64,000 nucleotides of DNA, taken from assembly GCA_026708965.1 (NCBI GenBank), contig JAPOTY010000024.1:20785-84784 (forward strand), given 5' to 3'. The translations under genes were made by a program, and so were the position numbers. The DNA is from Gammaproteobacteria bacterium. Its GTDB lineage: Bacteria; Pseudomonadota; Gammaproteobacteria; Steroidobacterales; Foliamicaceae. Position 1 is the first letter of the stretch; each line of letters begins with the position of its first letter. This document shows positions 1 through 12,072 of this stretch, piece after piece. The notes beneath the pieces were generated by a model that saw nothing but the letters and a program-made list of their open reading frames with translations, searched no databases and was not told the DNA's origin.

Positions 1-253
1 AGGCGCGCGAAGCCGCGGAATCCACCTTTGGCGGCGCGTATTCGATGCCTGCCTCAGCGAGCTGTTCCGCCTCCTCCATCACCCGCGCGATATGCAGCAG
101 CGCCTTCGAGGGAATGCAGCCCACGTTCAGGCACACGCCGCCCAGCGCGGGATAGCGCTCCACCAGCGTCACGTCCATGCCGAGATCGGCAGCGCGGAAG
201 GCCGCCGTGTAACCCCCGGGGCCTGAGCCCAGCACTGCAAGTTGCGTTTTCAT
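1..253 (-). CDS. lpdA: dihydrolipoyl dehydrogenase (PDH E3), N-terminal fragment running off the left edge
   Basis: My own minus-strand translation from the ATG at 253 gives [54 protein letters not shown]. This contains the FAD GxGxxG motif and the redox-active CLNVGC motif. The start forms an ATGA overlap with the aceF stop. Confidence 0.9.
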   Translation of the reverse strand, partial: MKTQLAVLGSGPGGYTAAFRAADLGMDVTLVERYPALGGVCLNVGCIPSKALLHIARVMEEAEQLAEAGIEYAPPKVDSAASRA

Positions 254-1605
254 TCTTCGCTCTCCGCTTCCTTATCGTCGGTGACAGGCGCCAGCAGTCG
301 CCCGGGATCCGCCAGCAAGGCGCGCAGGCGGGTGGTGAAGCGCACCGCCGTGGCGCCGTCGATCACGCGGTGGTCGTAGGAAAGCGACAGCGGCGCCAGC
401 AGCCTGGGTTGAAACCCGCCGTTCGCGTAAACCGGGGTCATGCGGGCCCGCGACACGCCGAGAATAGCCACTTCAGGCGCGTTGATCACAGGCGTGAACG
501 CGGTGCCGCCAATTCCGCCTAGGCTGGAAATCGTGAACGAGCCGCCCTGCATCTCGTCCGGCGCCAGCTTGCCGTCGCGAGCCTTGCCGGAAAGCGCCTG
601 CAACCCCCGCGCCAAGCCGTCGATGCCCAGCTTGTCGGCGTTGCGGATGACCGGCACCAGCAGGCCGCGCTCGGTATCGGCGGCAAAGCCCAAATGTACG
701 AATTTCTTGAGCGCCAGCGAAGCGCCGCCCTCCGTCAGCGAGGCGTTCAGCGCCGGGAATTCCTTCAGGCACAGCACCGTGGCGCGGGCCACAAAAGCCA
801 GCAGCGTAAGCCGCACGCCGTTGGCGGCGAGCCGCGCCTTCATGGCCTTGCGGCGCGCCTCCACCTCGGTGATATCGGCCTCGTCGTGCTGCGTGACATG
901 CGGAATATTCACCCAGCTTGCCCACAGGCGCGGCCCGGAAATCTTCTGCACGCGGCCCAGCGGCACCACTTCGATTTCTCCGTGCGCGGAGAAATCCACC
1001 TCCGGCACCTGCGGCAAACCGCCCCCGGGCGCGCCGCGTTCTAGCGCCAGTTTCACCCAAGCCTTCACGTCGGCCTTGCGGATCCGACCCTTGTCGCCGG
1101 ATCCCGCAACCGCCGCCAGATTCACGCCCAGCTCGCGGGCGAACTTGCGAACCGCCGGCGAGGCATGCGCCTTCGAGAAGCCCTCCTCGTCAATGGGCGG
1201 CAGCGCGCCGGGACCTGAGGGGAGCTTTTGGGCAGCCGACGGAGCGGGCGGCGCAGCAGCGGTTCGGGAAGGCGGCGCGGTTCGGGAAGGCGAAGCAGGC
1301 GCGGCATCGGCGGACGGCTGTCCGGCCATCGGAGCGACCGGTTCCCCGGCATCCGCCGCTGCGGCCTCGCCTTCCAGTTCCGCGATGATGTCGCCCTCGT
1401 TGACCCGGTCGCCCACATCCACCTTCAGGCTCACGATGCGCCCGCCGCCTGGCGACGGCACATCCATGGCGGCCTTGTCGGTCTCCAGCGTGATCAGCGG
1501 GTCGTTGGCCGCCACCTCGTCGCCGGCGGAAACGGCCACCTCCACCACTTCCACATCGGTGAACTCGCCTAAGCCGGGCACGCGAACTTGATTGAATTCA
1601 GGCAT
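250..1605 (-). CDS. aceF: dihydrolipoamide acetyltransferase (PDH E2), single lipoyl domain
   Basis: The 451-aa ORF has a lipoyl-attachment motif ([11 protein letters not shown]), Ala/Pro linkers and the catalytic [10 protein letters not shown] motif. Confidence 0.95.
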   Translation of the reverse strand: MPEFNQVRVPGLGEFTDVEVVEVAVSAGDEVAANDPLITLETDKAAMDVPSPGGGRIVSLKVDVGDRVNEGDIIAELEGEAAAADAGEPVAPMAGQPSADAAPASPSRTAPPSRTAAAPPAPSAAQKLPSGPGALPPIDEEGFSKAHASPAVRKFARELGVNLAAVAGSGDKGRIRKADVKAWVKLALERGAPGGGLPQVPEVDFSAHGEIEVVPLGRVQKISGPRLWASWVNIPHVTQHDEADITEVEARRKAMKARLAANGVRLTLLAFVARATVLCLKEFPALNASLTEGGASLALKKFVHLGFAADTERGLLVPVIRNADKLGIDGLARGLQALSGKARDGKLAPDEMQGGSFTISSLGGIGGTAFTPVINAPEVAILGVSRARMTPVYANGGFQPRLLAPLSLSYDHRVIDGATAVRFTTRLRALLADPGRLLAPVTDDKEAESEE

Positions 1606-1691
1606 GGCTCAATTCGGTCTATTCCTTCTAACTTCTTGCTAAATCGCTCTTTTGCACTTATTTATAATCTAACTTCTTTTATTTTCGTCAA
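1606..1691. other. strikingly AT-rich aceE-aceF spacer with an 11-bp direct repeat
   Basis: TCTAACTTCTT occurs at 1627-1637 and again at 1668-1678. The spacer is far AT-richer than the flanking coding DNA (by eye). Confidence 0.4.
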
Positions 1692-4385
<2,694 letters not shown>

Positions 4386-4490
4386 ACAATCTGGCCCGCG
4401 CCTTACCCGCAAGCGCGGCGGCGGCCTTTCGCCGCAGCCCGCGAATTGACGCAATCGACTGCGTCGCAAGCAACGAGACCGGAATTCCCC

Positions 4491-5126
4491 ATGCAAGCGC
4501 CTTGGAACCTGAAAGATCGCTTCCGCAGCTTCATGCCCGTGGCCGTGGACGTGGAGACCGGCGGCCTCGAACCGGAAACACACGCGCTGCTGGAAATCTC
4601 GGCGGTTCTGCTCAGCGTATGCGACGATGGCCAGCTGGCGCCTTCGGAGCATGTGTGGCTCCATGTGCAGCCGTTCGAGGGCGCCGCGATCGATCCAGAA
4701 GCGCTGCGCATCAATGAAATAAAGCCCAACCATCCGCTGCGCCCGGCGGTGCCGGAGCGCGAGGCGCTGCGGCGCGTATTTCGAGTGGTGCGCAGAGAGC
4801 TCAAGGCCACCGGTTGCTCACGCGCCATACTGGTGGGCCATAACGCGCACTTCGACTTGGCGGTCCTAAACGCCGCAATCAAGCGCAGCGGCATCAAGCG
4901 CAACCCGTTCCATCGGTTCAGCGTGTTCGACACCTGCACGCTGGGCGGGGCGATGTTCGGCCAAACCGTGATGAGCCTGGCGGCCCAGGCCGCCGGCCTG
5001 AAATGGAACGAGGAGCGCGCTCATTCCGCTCTGTACGATGCCCAAATCTGCGCGCAACTGTTCTGCGAGGCCATCAACCGGATCCACGATCAGTCCAATC
5101 CCGCGCTTTCCCGAACGCGCGCTTAG
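4491..5126 (+). CDS. rnt: ribonuclease T (DEDDh 3'-5' exonuclease)
   Basis: The 211-aa protein starts at the ATG at 4491. DEDDh motifs are present: VAVDVETGG, HNAHFDLAVL and HSALYDA. Confidence 0.88.
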   Translation: MQAPWNLKDRFRSFMPVAVDVETGGLEPETHALLEISAVLLSVCDDGQLAPSEHVWLHVQPFEGAAIDPEALRINEIKPNHPLRPAVPEREALRRVFRVVRRELKATGCSRAILVGHNAHFDLAVLNAAIKRSGIKRNPFHRFSVFDTCTLGGAMFGQTVMSLAAQAAGLKWNEERAHSALYDAQICAQLFCEAINRIHDQSNPALSRTRA

Positions 5127-5443
5127 TCCAGATCCTGGACCCGCTCGAGCAACTCGCCCGAGCGCGCCATCTGCGTGACGATATCGGCGCCGCCCACCAG
5201 CTCCCCGCGCACGTAAAGCTGCGGGAAAGTGGGCCAGTTCGAGAATTCCTTCAGCCCTTGGCGCAAATCCGGATCCTGGAGAATATCCACGTAGGCAAAG
5301 CGCTTGCCGCACTGCCTGAGCGCGGCCACGACCTGCGCGGAGAACCCGCACTGCGGAAAATCCGGCGATCCTTTCATGTACAGCAACAGCGGAAACTCCC
5401 CGATCTGCTTGCTGATGCGCTGCTCCAACTGCTTGTCTGGCAT
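5123..5443 (-). CDS. grxD: Grx4-family monothiol glutaredoxin
   Basis: It has the CGFS active site (PQCGFSAQV) and WPTFPQLYV. The start was trimmed to the ATG at 5443 (MPDKQLEQRI). Confidence 0.9.
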   Translation of the reverse strand: MPDKQLEQRISKQIGEFPLLLYMKGSPDFPQCGFSAQVVAALRQCGKRFAYVDILQDPDLRQGLKEFSNWPTFPQLYVRGELVGGADIVTQMARSGELLERVQDLD

Positions 5444-5618
5444 AACCGTGAATGACTTTGCGGAATAGGCCCGCAATTATAGGACACCTGCCCCCGCGGC
5501 ACCGCCCACGGCACGGCGGCAGGCGCATGGCCGCAGCCTGCCGTTAATTTCCGGAAATAATGCGCCGCGAACGCTTGTGGCACAATCGGTGCTTTGGATT
5601 GGAATGCGAGGGGAAGTT

Positions 5619-6242
5619 ATGAACCCATTGAATACCCTAACCGGCACGCTTGTCGGCGGCCTGGTGCTTTCACTGGTCATTATGGGGATTGCCGCGGGCA
5701 CAGGCAGTTCAATGGCTGGCGCCAACTGGGTCAACTCAATGCTGATTTGGCTCCATGTGTTTGCCGGCATTACCTGGATCGGCCTGCTCTACTATTTCAA
5801 TTTCGTGCAAGTGCAGGCTCTGGCGGATGCCGCATCGGACGACGACGGGCCGAGCGGCGCGGCCATTACCCGCTATGTGGCGCCGCGAGCGCTTTGGTGG
5901 TTCCGCTGGTCGGCGCTCGTCACATGGCTGGCCGGGGCCACCTTCCTGCTCCACAAGGGCGACTTCATCAACGCGTTCACCCTAGGCTTGGTTGCGGGCG
6001 GCGGCGACGCGATGTACGGCCTGACCATCGGAATCGGCGCCTGGCTGGGCAGCATCATGCTTTTCAATGTCTGGTTCGTGATCTGGCCCAATCAGAAACG
6101 GGTACTGGGCATCGTGGAAGCCAGCGCGGAGGAAATCAACAAGTCCCGGCGCACGGCGTTCGTGTTCTCCCGCACCAACACCCTGCTATCCATCCCCATG
6201 CTGGCCAGCATGATCGGCGCCGGGCACGGCACCATGTTCTAG
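5619..6242 (+). CDS. integral membrane protein of unknown function
   Basis: The ATG at 5619 is preceded by GAGGGGA. There are several hydrophobic helices. The motif WLHVFAGITWIGLLYYFNF resembles the membrane domain of PuuD-type urate hydroxylases, but this is from memory only. Confidence 0.6.
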   Translation: MNPLNTLTGTLVGGLVLSLVIMGIAAGTGSSMAGANWVNSMLIWLHVFAGITWIGLLYYFNFVQVQALADAASDDDGPSGAAITRYVAPRALWWFRWSALVTWLAGATFLLHKGDFINAFTLGLVAGGGDAMYGLTIGIGAWLGSIMLFNVWFVIWPNQKRVLGIVEASAEEINKSRRTAFVFSRTNTLLSIPMLASMIGAGHGTMF

Positions 6243-6322
6243 GTTCCAGCCAAAGTTTCAGCGCGATTTCCGCAGCGGCAGCGCCTTCGACTGCCGCGGA
6301 GATGGCCATGGACATCGCAGGC

Positions 6323-7474
6323 TCAGGTGCCCTCGAATAAGGCAAGTTGCTCCACCTGCGCCGGCCGGGTTTTGGGAATCACGATATCGGCAAGCGTAAG
6401 TCCGCCTTCCAACAGATGACGCGCCTCGCTAATGGCTGACGCTGGTTCTATTGAGGCGCCTTCCTTGCCCGGAGTAATCAGCAGTGTTTCATCAAGCCCG
6501 ATTCCCTCATCACGCAGTAGATCGGGCGAGTGAGTGCTGATCAATATCTGTCGATTGGATTTTCGCTGAACCCGGGCTAGCATCTGGGGCAGCGCACGAA
6601 CGATTTCGGGATGCAAGGAAAGTTCCGGTTCTTCAAGAAGCAAGGGGCCGCCTTTTTCCATGATTGCCCACAAGAGTCCCATAAGCCGTAGCGTCCCGTC
6701 CGAGAATTGCTCTTCCGTTTGCCAAGCGCCTCGCGGCCGCCAGTGCTGGTACTTGCCGCGCAGATGTGGCTTGCCGCGGTGATCCCGTTGGAGATCAATC
6801 TCCTCCAGTTGGGGCAATGCGGCGCTGAGCGCCTAGCGTATGCGCTTTAGGCGCACGTCGCGCGTTCGTGTGTGTGTTTTTGTTATCTGCTCTAGGAAAT
6901 TGCCGCCAAAAGGATCGTTAGTTCGCCCAATCGAACGATCGGGTTCGCGCACCAATTGCGGAACAATGTGAAGGTATTTGATTGACTTGAAGAAATCAGC
7001 CAGGGCGCGGAACCGCTTGTTGACGTTCACCTGCTCCAAATGAGTCTGTATGAGCCGTGTGCGGTCAGCCTCATCTTCTTGGTCAGGACGATCGACGATC
7101 AGATGGCTATTGTGGGTAACACGTTCCCTGCGTAGAAACGGTCGGCTACGATTGTCCTGCGAGAAGACGACTCCATAAGTCCATTGAGAATCTTCTTTTT
7201 CGTCGTGCAGCTCGACACGGACCTCGATGTCCGGTTTCCGGCGCGCTGCCAGACAACGAATAGAACCCACGCCGCCGCGCCGCCGCACAGCTTCTCGAAA
7301 ACCGCCGCCTGTGGAGGCGAGGTCCCGCAAAAACCGCAGAGAATCAAGAAGGTTGGATTTCCCCGAGGCATTTGGGCCTATGAGAAAGACACGATCCGTA
7401 ACCGAAACTTCCACATCAAGAAAGTTCTTCCAGTTGCGAAGGTGTAATTTGCGGATCTTCATGGTGGCATTCAT
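6323..7474 (-). pseudogene. AAA_15/AAA_21-type (RecF/SMC-like) ATPase interrupted by a single in-frame TAG at 6833-6835
   Basis: The N-terminal ORF has KIRKLHLRNWKNF and a Walker A (GPNASGKSN). The C-terminal ORF has SDGTLRLMGLL, a Walker B (LLLEEPELSLHP) and STHSPDL. By hand check the two ORFs are in the same frame, separated only by TAG plus 5 codons. The region is AT-richer than its flanks. Confidence 0.75.
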
Positions 7475-7611
7475 TGTCTCACCTTATTCGCCATGACTGA
7501 ATCGGCCCGGATTAGCCGGAGGCTGATTAGTTTGAGTCAAGCCGCCATGGCTGATACTGCCAGTTGCCGATAATACCCGTCATCCTTTTCCGTCGGCGGT
7601 CGGTTGCAGGA

Positions 7612-8478
7612 TCAGGGAGCGATGCGCATGGAGAAATCGCAGGCCCGGACGTTCTTGGTGAGGTCGCCGCAGGAAATGCGGTCCACGCCGGTGGCGGCGA
7701 CGGCGGCGATGCGGCTCCTGTCGATCCCGCCTGAAGCCTCAAGGATCACATCGCGGCCCTGCCGGTCGCGCTCCCGGACCGCCGCCGCCATCTGGTCCAA
7801 GGAGAAATTATCCAGCATCACCCAGCGGGCGCCGGCATCCAGCGCTTGGGCCAATTCATCCAGATTCCGCACTTCCACGGTAACCGGGAGGCTGGCTTCG
7901 GCGGATGAAGCCGCTCGAAGGGCCGCTCGAATCCCTCCGGCGGCGGCGATATGGTTTTCCTTGAGCAGCACGGCATCGTAAAGACCCATGCGGTGATTGC
8001 TCCCGCCGCCCACGCGGACCGCATACTTCTGGGCCAGCCGCAGGCCGGGGAGCGTTTTGCGGGTATCGAGCAATTGGGCGGAGGTTCCGCGAATGGCCGC
8101 CGCCATCTCGCGGGCCCGGGTAGCCACGCCCGACAGCAACTGCAGGAAATTCAGGGCCGACCGCTCGCCGCTCAGCAGTCCCCGCACCGGGCCGCGCAAC
8201 TCGCATACGGCTTGATCCGCCGTTGCGGGCGCGCCCTCCTCGACCCGCCAGCGAACGACGACACGCTCATCAAGGGCGCGAAACACTTCCTCGAACCAGT
8301 CGCGCCCGCACAGCACGCATTCCTCGCGCGCCGTCACCGCCGCGCAGGCCTGCGCGGCTTCCGGGAGAAGCCGGGCCGAAACATCGCCGGCCCCGATATC
8401 CTCGCGCAACGCCCGCCGCGCGTCTTCGCGAACGGCGGCGAGCGGCAACTCAAGCGCGGAGCGGCTCTTGTTTCCCAT
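7612..8478 (-). CDS. nadC: nicotinate-nucleotide pyrophosphorylase (carboxylating)
   Basis: The 288-aa protein has ALREDIGAGDVSA, LDTRKTLPGLR and KENHI motifs typical of NadC. Confidence 0.9.
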   Translation of the reverse strand: MGNKSRSALELPLAAVREDARRALREDIGAGDVSARLLPEAAQACAAVTAREECVLCGRDWFEEVFRALDERVVVRWRVEEGAPATADQAVCELRGPVRGLLSGERSALNFLQLLSGVATRAREMAAAIRGTSAQLLDTRKTLPGLRLAQKYAVRVGGGSNHRMGLYDAVLLKENHIAAAGGIRAALRAASSAEASLPVTVEVRNLDELAQALDAGARWVMLDNFSLDQMAAAVRERDRQGRDVILEASGGIDRSRIAAVAATGVDRISCGDLTKNVRACDFSMRIAP

Positions 8479-8487
8479 TCCTTAGCT

Positions 8488-8531
8488 GCAAGCAGTCATG
8501 CGTCTCCCGGAAGAGGGGAGAGGGAAATGGC
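8488..8531 (+). repeat. partial copy of the palindromic element family (loop remnant GCAAGC..CATGCGT plus right arm)
   Basis: CATGCGT followed by CTCCCGGAAGAGGGGAGAGGGAAATGGC matches the loop end and purine-rich arm of the full copies. No perfectly complementary left arm is present. Confidence 0.55.
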
Positions 8532-8543
8532 TTCATCCGCAGG

Positions 8544-10040
8544 TTAATCGAGCGCGCCGCCGAGGCGCTTGGCCAATGCCGCCACATCCGCCGGATCGGC
8601 CTGGCTCACTTCAGGGTAGTCGGTGAAACGCTCCGGAATCTTGATCGTGGCGTCGATGCCCATCTGCTCCGACTGCACCGGAACGCCCTGGGCCGATTTG
8701 GGCGCCGAGGGATCCAGCACGAATGCCTGGCCGGAGGGGTTCATGATGATGTCCGACACCGGCTGAACGCGGCTTGAGATGGCCCACTCCACCGAATCCA
8801 TATCGTAGGGATTCACGTCCGGGCCCACCACAATCACAATTTTGGCGGTGCGCCCCCAACGCCCGGCAGCGCCCCAAACGGCGTGCAGCACGTACTTGCC
8901 GAATTCCGAGTGCGGCTTGGCGGCGCCGTCCACGCTCAGCTGCACGATATAGGTCATGTTGGGCGTCACCACCACATCTTTCACCTCGGGAATCTTGCGC
9001 GAAAGATCGCTCAGCACCTCGCCTTCCACCGGCACCAGCGCCAAGTAGTTATGATCGAACGGCGGCACCATCTCCATGGTGGAATGCCAGATCGGATTCC
9101 TGCGGTGGGTGATGCGGTTGACCTGCATGAGCGGAAACACCTGCACCTTGTCGTAGTAGCCCAGCGGGTTGGAGTGCCAGCCGATCTGCTCCTGCTGGCC
9201 GGGAAGGAACTCGCCTTCGAGCACGTACTCGGCGGTGGCGGGAACCTCCAGATCCACCGTGTCGCATTTCACCAGCTCAAGCGGCGCCCCGCGCAATCCG
9301 CCGGCAAGCTCGTACTCGTCCTGGCCGTAGGGCAGCCCGGTGGCCGACGCCAGATGCAGCGCCGGATCGCAATTGCAGGCAATCGCTATTTCAAGCTTCT
9401 TACCGGCGGCAACCGCCTTGGCCAGGTGCAGGCCGCCGTGGTTCATCGGCGGGTTCCAGTACACGAACACCGCCAGACAGCGGTCCTGGTTGTGCTGCGA
9501 ATATTCGCCGCCCGCCGGATGCCGGGCGTTCCAGAGCTGCGTGTGGCGGTACCAGCCCACGTTGCGGGCGCCGGTTTCGGGATCCTTGGTAATGGCGATG
9601 CCATTGGTGATATAGGCCGGCCCCTCCTTGCCGAACCAAACATGCGGAATTTGCTGGCCCAGCGACACCTCGTCCTCAGGGATCACCACCTCCTTGCACG
9701 GCGCCTCGGCGGCATCCACCATGACCGGCTTGTGCCATTGGGCCGGGTTGGCAAGAATGCGGGCGAGCTTGCGTTTGGCCTCGAGAGGATCCTCCTCGTC
9801 GATACACAGGCTGGTGCGTTCGCGGGTTCCGTAGGGATTAAACGCCACCGGCACGCCCGGCGTGTTGTAGCCGGTCAGGTTTTCGAGGATCAGCGCCCGG
9901 TTGGGGCCGGAGTGCAGCAGCGCCATCAGCGGCTGCAGATCGGAGCTGTCCAGGGCCACGCTCAGGGGTTCGCTGATGCGGCGCAGATCGTCCCGCTCCT
10001 CGAGCAGCTTCAAGTAGGCGCGAAAATCTTCAAAGGCCAT
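8544..10040 (-). CDS. UbiD-family (prenyl-FMN dependent) decarboxylase
   Basis: The 498-aa protein has the N-terminus MAFEDFRAYLKLLEERDDLRRISEPLSV, which resembles UbiD/AroY-type enzymes. A ubiX partner lies nearby. Confidence 0.88.
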   Translation of the reverse strand: MAFEDFRAYLKLLEERDDLRRISEPLSVALDSSDLQPLMALLHSGPNRALILENLTGYNTPGVPVAFNPYGTRERTSLCIDEEDPLEAKRKLARILANPAQWHKPVMVDAAEAPCKEVVIPEDEVSLGQQIPHVWFGKEGPAYITNGIAITKDPETGARNVGWYRHTQLWNARHPAGGEYSQHNQDRCLAVFVYWNPPMNHGGLHLAKAVAAGKKLEIAIACNCDPALHLASATGLPYGQDEYELAGGLRGAPLELVKCDTVDLEVPATAEYVLEGEFLPGQQEQIGWHSNPLGYYDKVQVFPLMQVNRITHRRNPIWHSTMEMVPPFDHNYLALVPVEGEVLSDLSRKIPEVKDVVVTPNMTYIVQLSVDGAAKPHSEFGKYVLHAVWGAAGRWGRTAKIVIVVGPDVNPYDMDSVEWAISSRVQPVSDIIMNPSGQAFVLDPSAPKSAQGVPVQSEQMGIDATIKIPERFTDYPEVSQADPADVAALAKRLGGALD

Positions 10041-10193
10041 CAGTTCCTCTCTTGGGCACTTGCGTAAAAGCGCAGCCTAATGCAATTTAGCGTTTCTTTC
10101 CACGGGCGCCGACAAGGAGCATCCTGCTGAATAACTCATGCGCAATGCTGATCCAACCTGGCGCGCTATAAGATCCGCCAGCAGGCAAGAACC

Positions 10194-11594
10194 ATGAGCG
10201 AGCTTTCCGTCAGCCCGCAGGACAATCCGTTCCGCCACGCGGGCTTTAGGCGGCTGTTCGCGGCCCAAGCCGTTGCGCTGGCGGGAACCGGCCTGAGCAC
10301 GGTGGGCCTGCAACTGCTGGCCTACCGTCTGACAGGCGGCCAAGCGGCGCCAGTGCTGGCTACGGCCCTGTCGATCAAGATGATCGCCTATGTCTTCCTG
10401 GCGCCGATCTGCGGCGGACTGGCGCATCGAACCTCGCGCAAGTCCATTTTGGTGGCCAGCGACGCGCTGCGGGCGGGCCTGGTCCTGCTGCTGCCCTTGG
10501 TGGCCGCGGAATGGCAGATCTACCTGCTGATCTTCGGAATCCAGGCGCTGGCGGCGGCGTCCAAGCCGGCGCTCCAGGCAATCATTCCCACCGTGCTGCC
10601 GGACCAGGCCACCTACATGCGGGCGCTTTCCTGGACCCGCTTGGCCTACGACCTGGAGACCGCGGGCAGCATGATGCTGGCTATTGCGCTGATGGCCGCC
10701 GGCAGCGGATTCGAGCTGTTGTTCGAACTGAATTCCGGCGCCTTCCTGCTTTCGGCCTTGCTCATCATCTTCACCCGCCTGCCGAAAGCCGCCCCGGCCG
10801 AGCGCACAGGCCGGATCCTCGACGACATCACCTTCGGCCTGCGTTCGTACATGGCCACGCCCAGGCTGCGGGCGCTGCTGGCGCTCTATTCCGGCGCCGC
10901 CATGGTGAGTGGCGCGGTGCTGGTGAACAATGTCGATTACGTTCGCACCGTGCTCGGCGGAGCGGACTATCTGGTGGCCGTAACCATGCTGGCCTACGGC
11001 GCCGGATCGATGGCCGCCGCCCTCGCCACGCCGTTGATCTTGCGCCGCATCAGCAGCCGCCAGCTGGTGTCGCGCGGCGCGCTGCTGGCCGGTTTCGCCG
11101 CCCTGTGCCTGATTTTCTCGCCCGGTCTGTTCCCGGCGCTGGTTATATGGATGGCGATGGGCGCTGGCGGCGCCTGGGTTTATACGCCCTCGGGAGGGAT
11201 CATCAACCGCTCCTCCAGCCCGGCCGACCTGCCAGCCTATTTCTCGGCGCATTTCTCCCTTTCCCATTTAGCATGGCTGGCGAGTTATCCGTTGGCGGGA
11301 TGGCTGGGAACGATGCTGGGGCTGCCCGCGACCGGCTTGATTCTCGGGCTGGTCTGCATCGCGCTGGCGCTGGCGGGCGCACGGCTATGGCCGCGCCAGG
11401 AGCAAGACGAAATCGCCCACGAGCATGAGGCGGTGGAACACACCCACAAGCACTCCCACGACCGCCATCATCAGCATGCCCACCAGGGCGGCGAGGCCGA
11501 GGAGCCGCACAGCCACCCGCACCGCCACCCGCCGGTGCGGCATTCGCACGACTACGTGATCGACCTGCACCATACCCGCTGGCCCGCCGGCTGA
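10194..11594 (+). CDS. MFS transporter with histidine-rich C-terminal tail
   Basis: The protein has 12-TM-like hydrophobicity. The last ~60 aa read HEHEAVEHTHKHSHDRHHQHAHQGGEAEEPHSHPHRHPPVRHSHD. Confidence 0.85.
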   Translation: MSELSVSPQDNPFRHAGFRRLFAAQAVALAGTGLSTVGLQLLAYRLTGGQAAPVLATALSIKMIAYVFLAPICGGLAHRTSRKSILVASDALRAGLVLLLPLVAAEWQIYLLIFGIQALAAASKPALQAIIPTVLPDQATYMRALSWTRLAYDLETAGSMMLAIALMAAGSGFELLFELNSGAFLLSALLIIFTRLPKAAPAERTGRILDDITFGLRSYMATPRLRALLALYSGAAMVSGAVLVNNVDYVRTVLGGADYLVAVTMLAYGAGSMAAALATPLILRRISSRQLVSRGALLAGFAALCLIFSPGLFPALVIWMAMGAGGAWVYTPSGGIINRSSSPADLPAYFSAHFSLSHLAWLASYPLAGWLGTMLGLPATGLILGLVCIALALAGARLWPRQEQDEIAHEHEAVEHTHKHSHDRHHQHAHQGGEAEEPHSHPHRHPPVRHSHDYVIDLHHTRWPAG

Positions 11595-11698
11595 GGAAAA
11601 CCAGCGGCGCAAAAAATTAGGCGAACGCGTCTCATTTCCGATCTTTCGGTCCGGCTTCCTTATGCTATCGTGGCAGCGTTCGCTATGAGCACAGACAA

Positions 11699-11989
11699 AT
11701 GAGCAAGGAAACATGGATCAGCGTCGGCAAGGTTTCGGCAGCGATCGCGGCGATCGCTTTGTTGCTCGGAGCCGATTTCCAAGGGTATGCCCAGCAGCGA
11801 AGCGACATGGCGGATGTCCGGGCCGAAATGCGCGGCGGCTTCACAATGATTAGCGGGCGGCTTGACGATATTGGCCGCGATGTAGCGAATTTGCGAGAAC
11901 GGGTGGCAAGAATCGAAGGGCATCTCGCGCTGCCTGCGGACATGGACGTTCAGGCGAACGCACAGCAGGAATTCCTGCAGGAAGGCTAA
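11699..11989 (+). CDS. hypothetical small membrane-anchored coiled-coil protein
   Basis: The 96-aa ORF has an N-terminal hydrophobic helix followed by RLDDIGRDVANLRERVARIEGHL. There is no clear SD sequence. Confidence 0.35.
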   Translation: MSKETWISVGKVSAAIAAIALLLGADFQGYAQQRSDMADVRAEMRGGFTMISGRLDDIGRDVANLRERVARIEGHLALPADMDVQANAQQEFLQEG

Positions 11990-12072
11990 AGCACACGCTG
12001 CGGGGCTTGCCTTTCCGGCTCGCTAAGGCAACGCACGAAGCGGCGCGCCCGGTTCATCGCGAGCCGGCCGGA

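Noticed and set aside
4386-4733. N-terminal extensions of ORF-track entries: aceE to 4733, ileS to 36217, rnt from 3804, obgE to 45566, rplU to 46540, murJ to 38667, and the peptidase to 49290.
   Set aside because: In each case an internal ATG yields the canonical conserved N-terminus. The extra residues look non-coding and often overlap the neighbouring gene or promoter.
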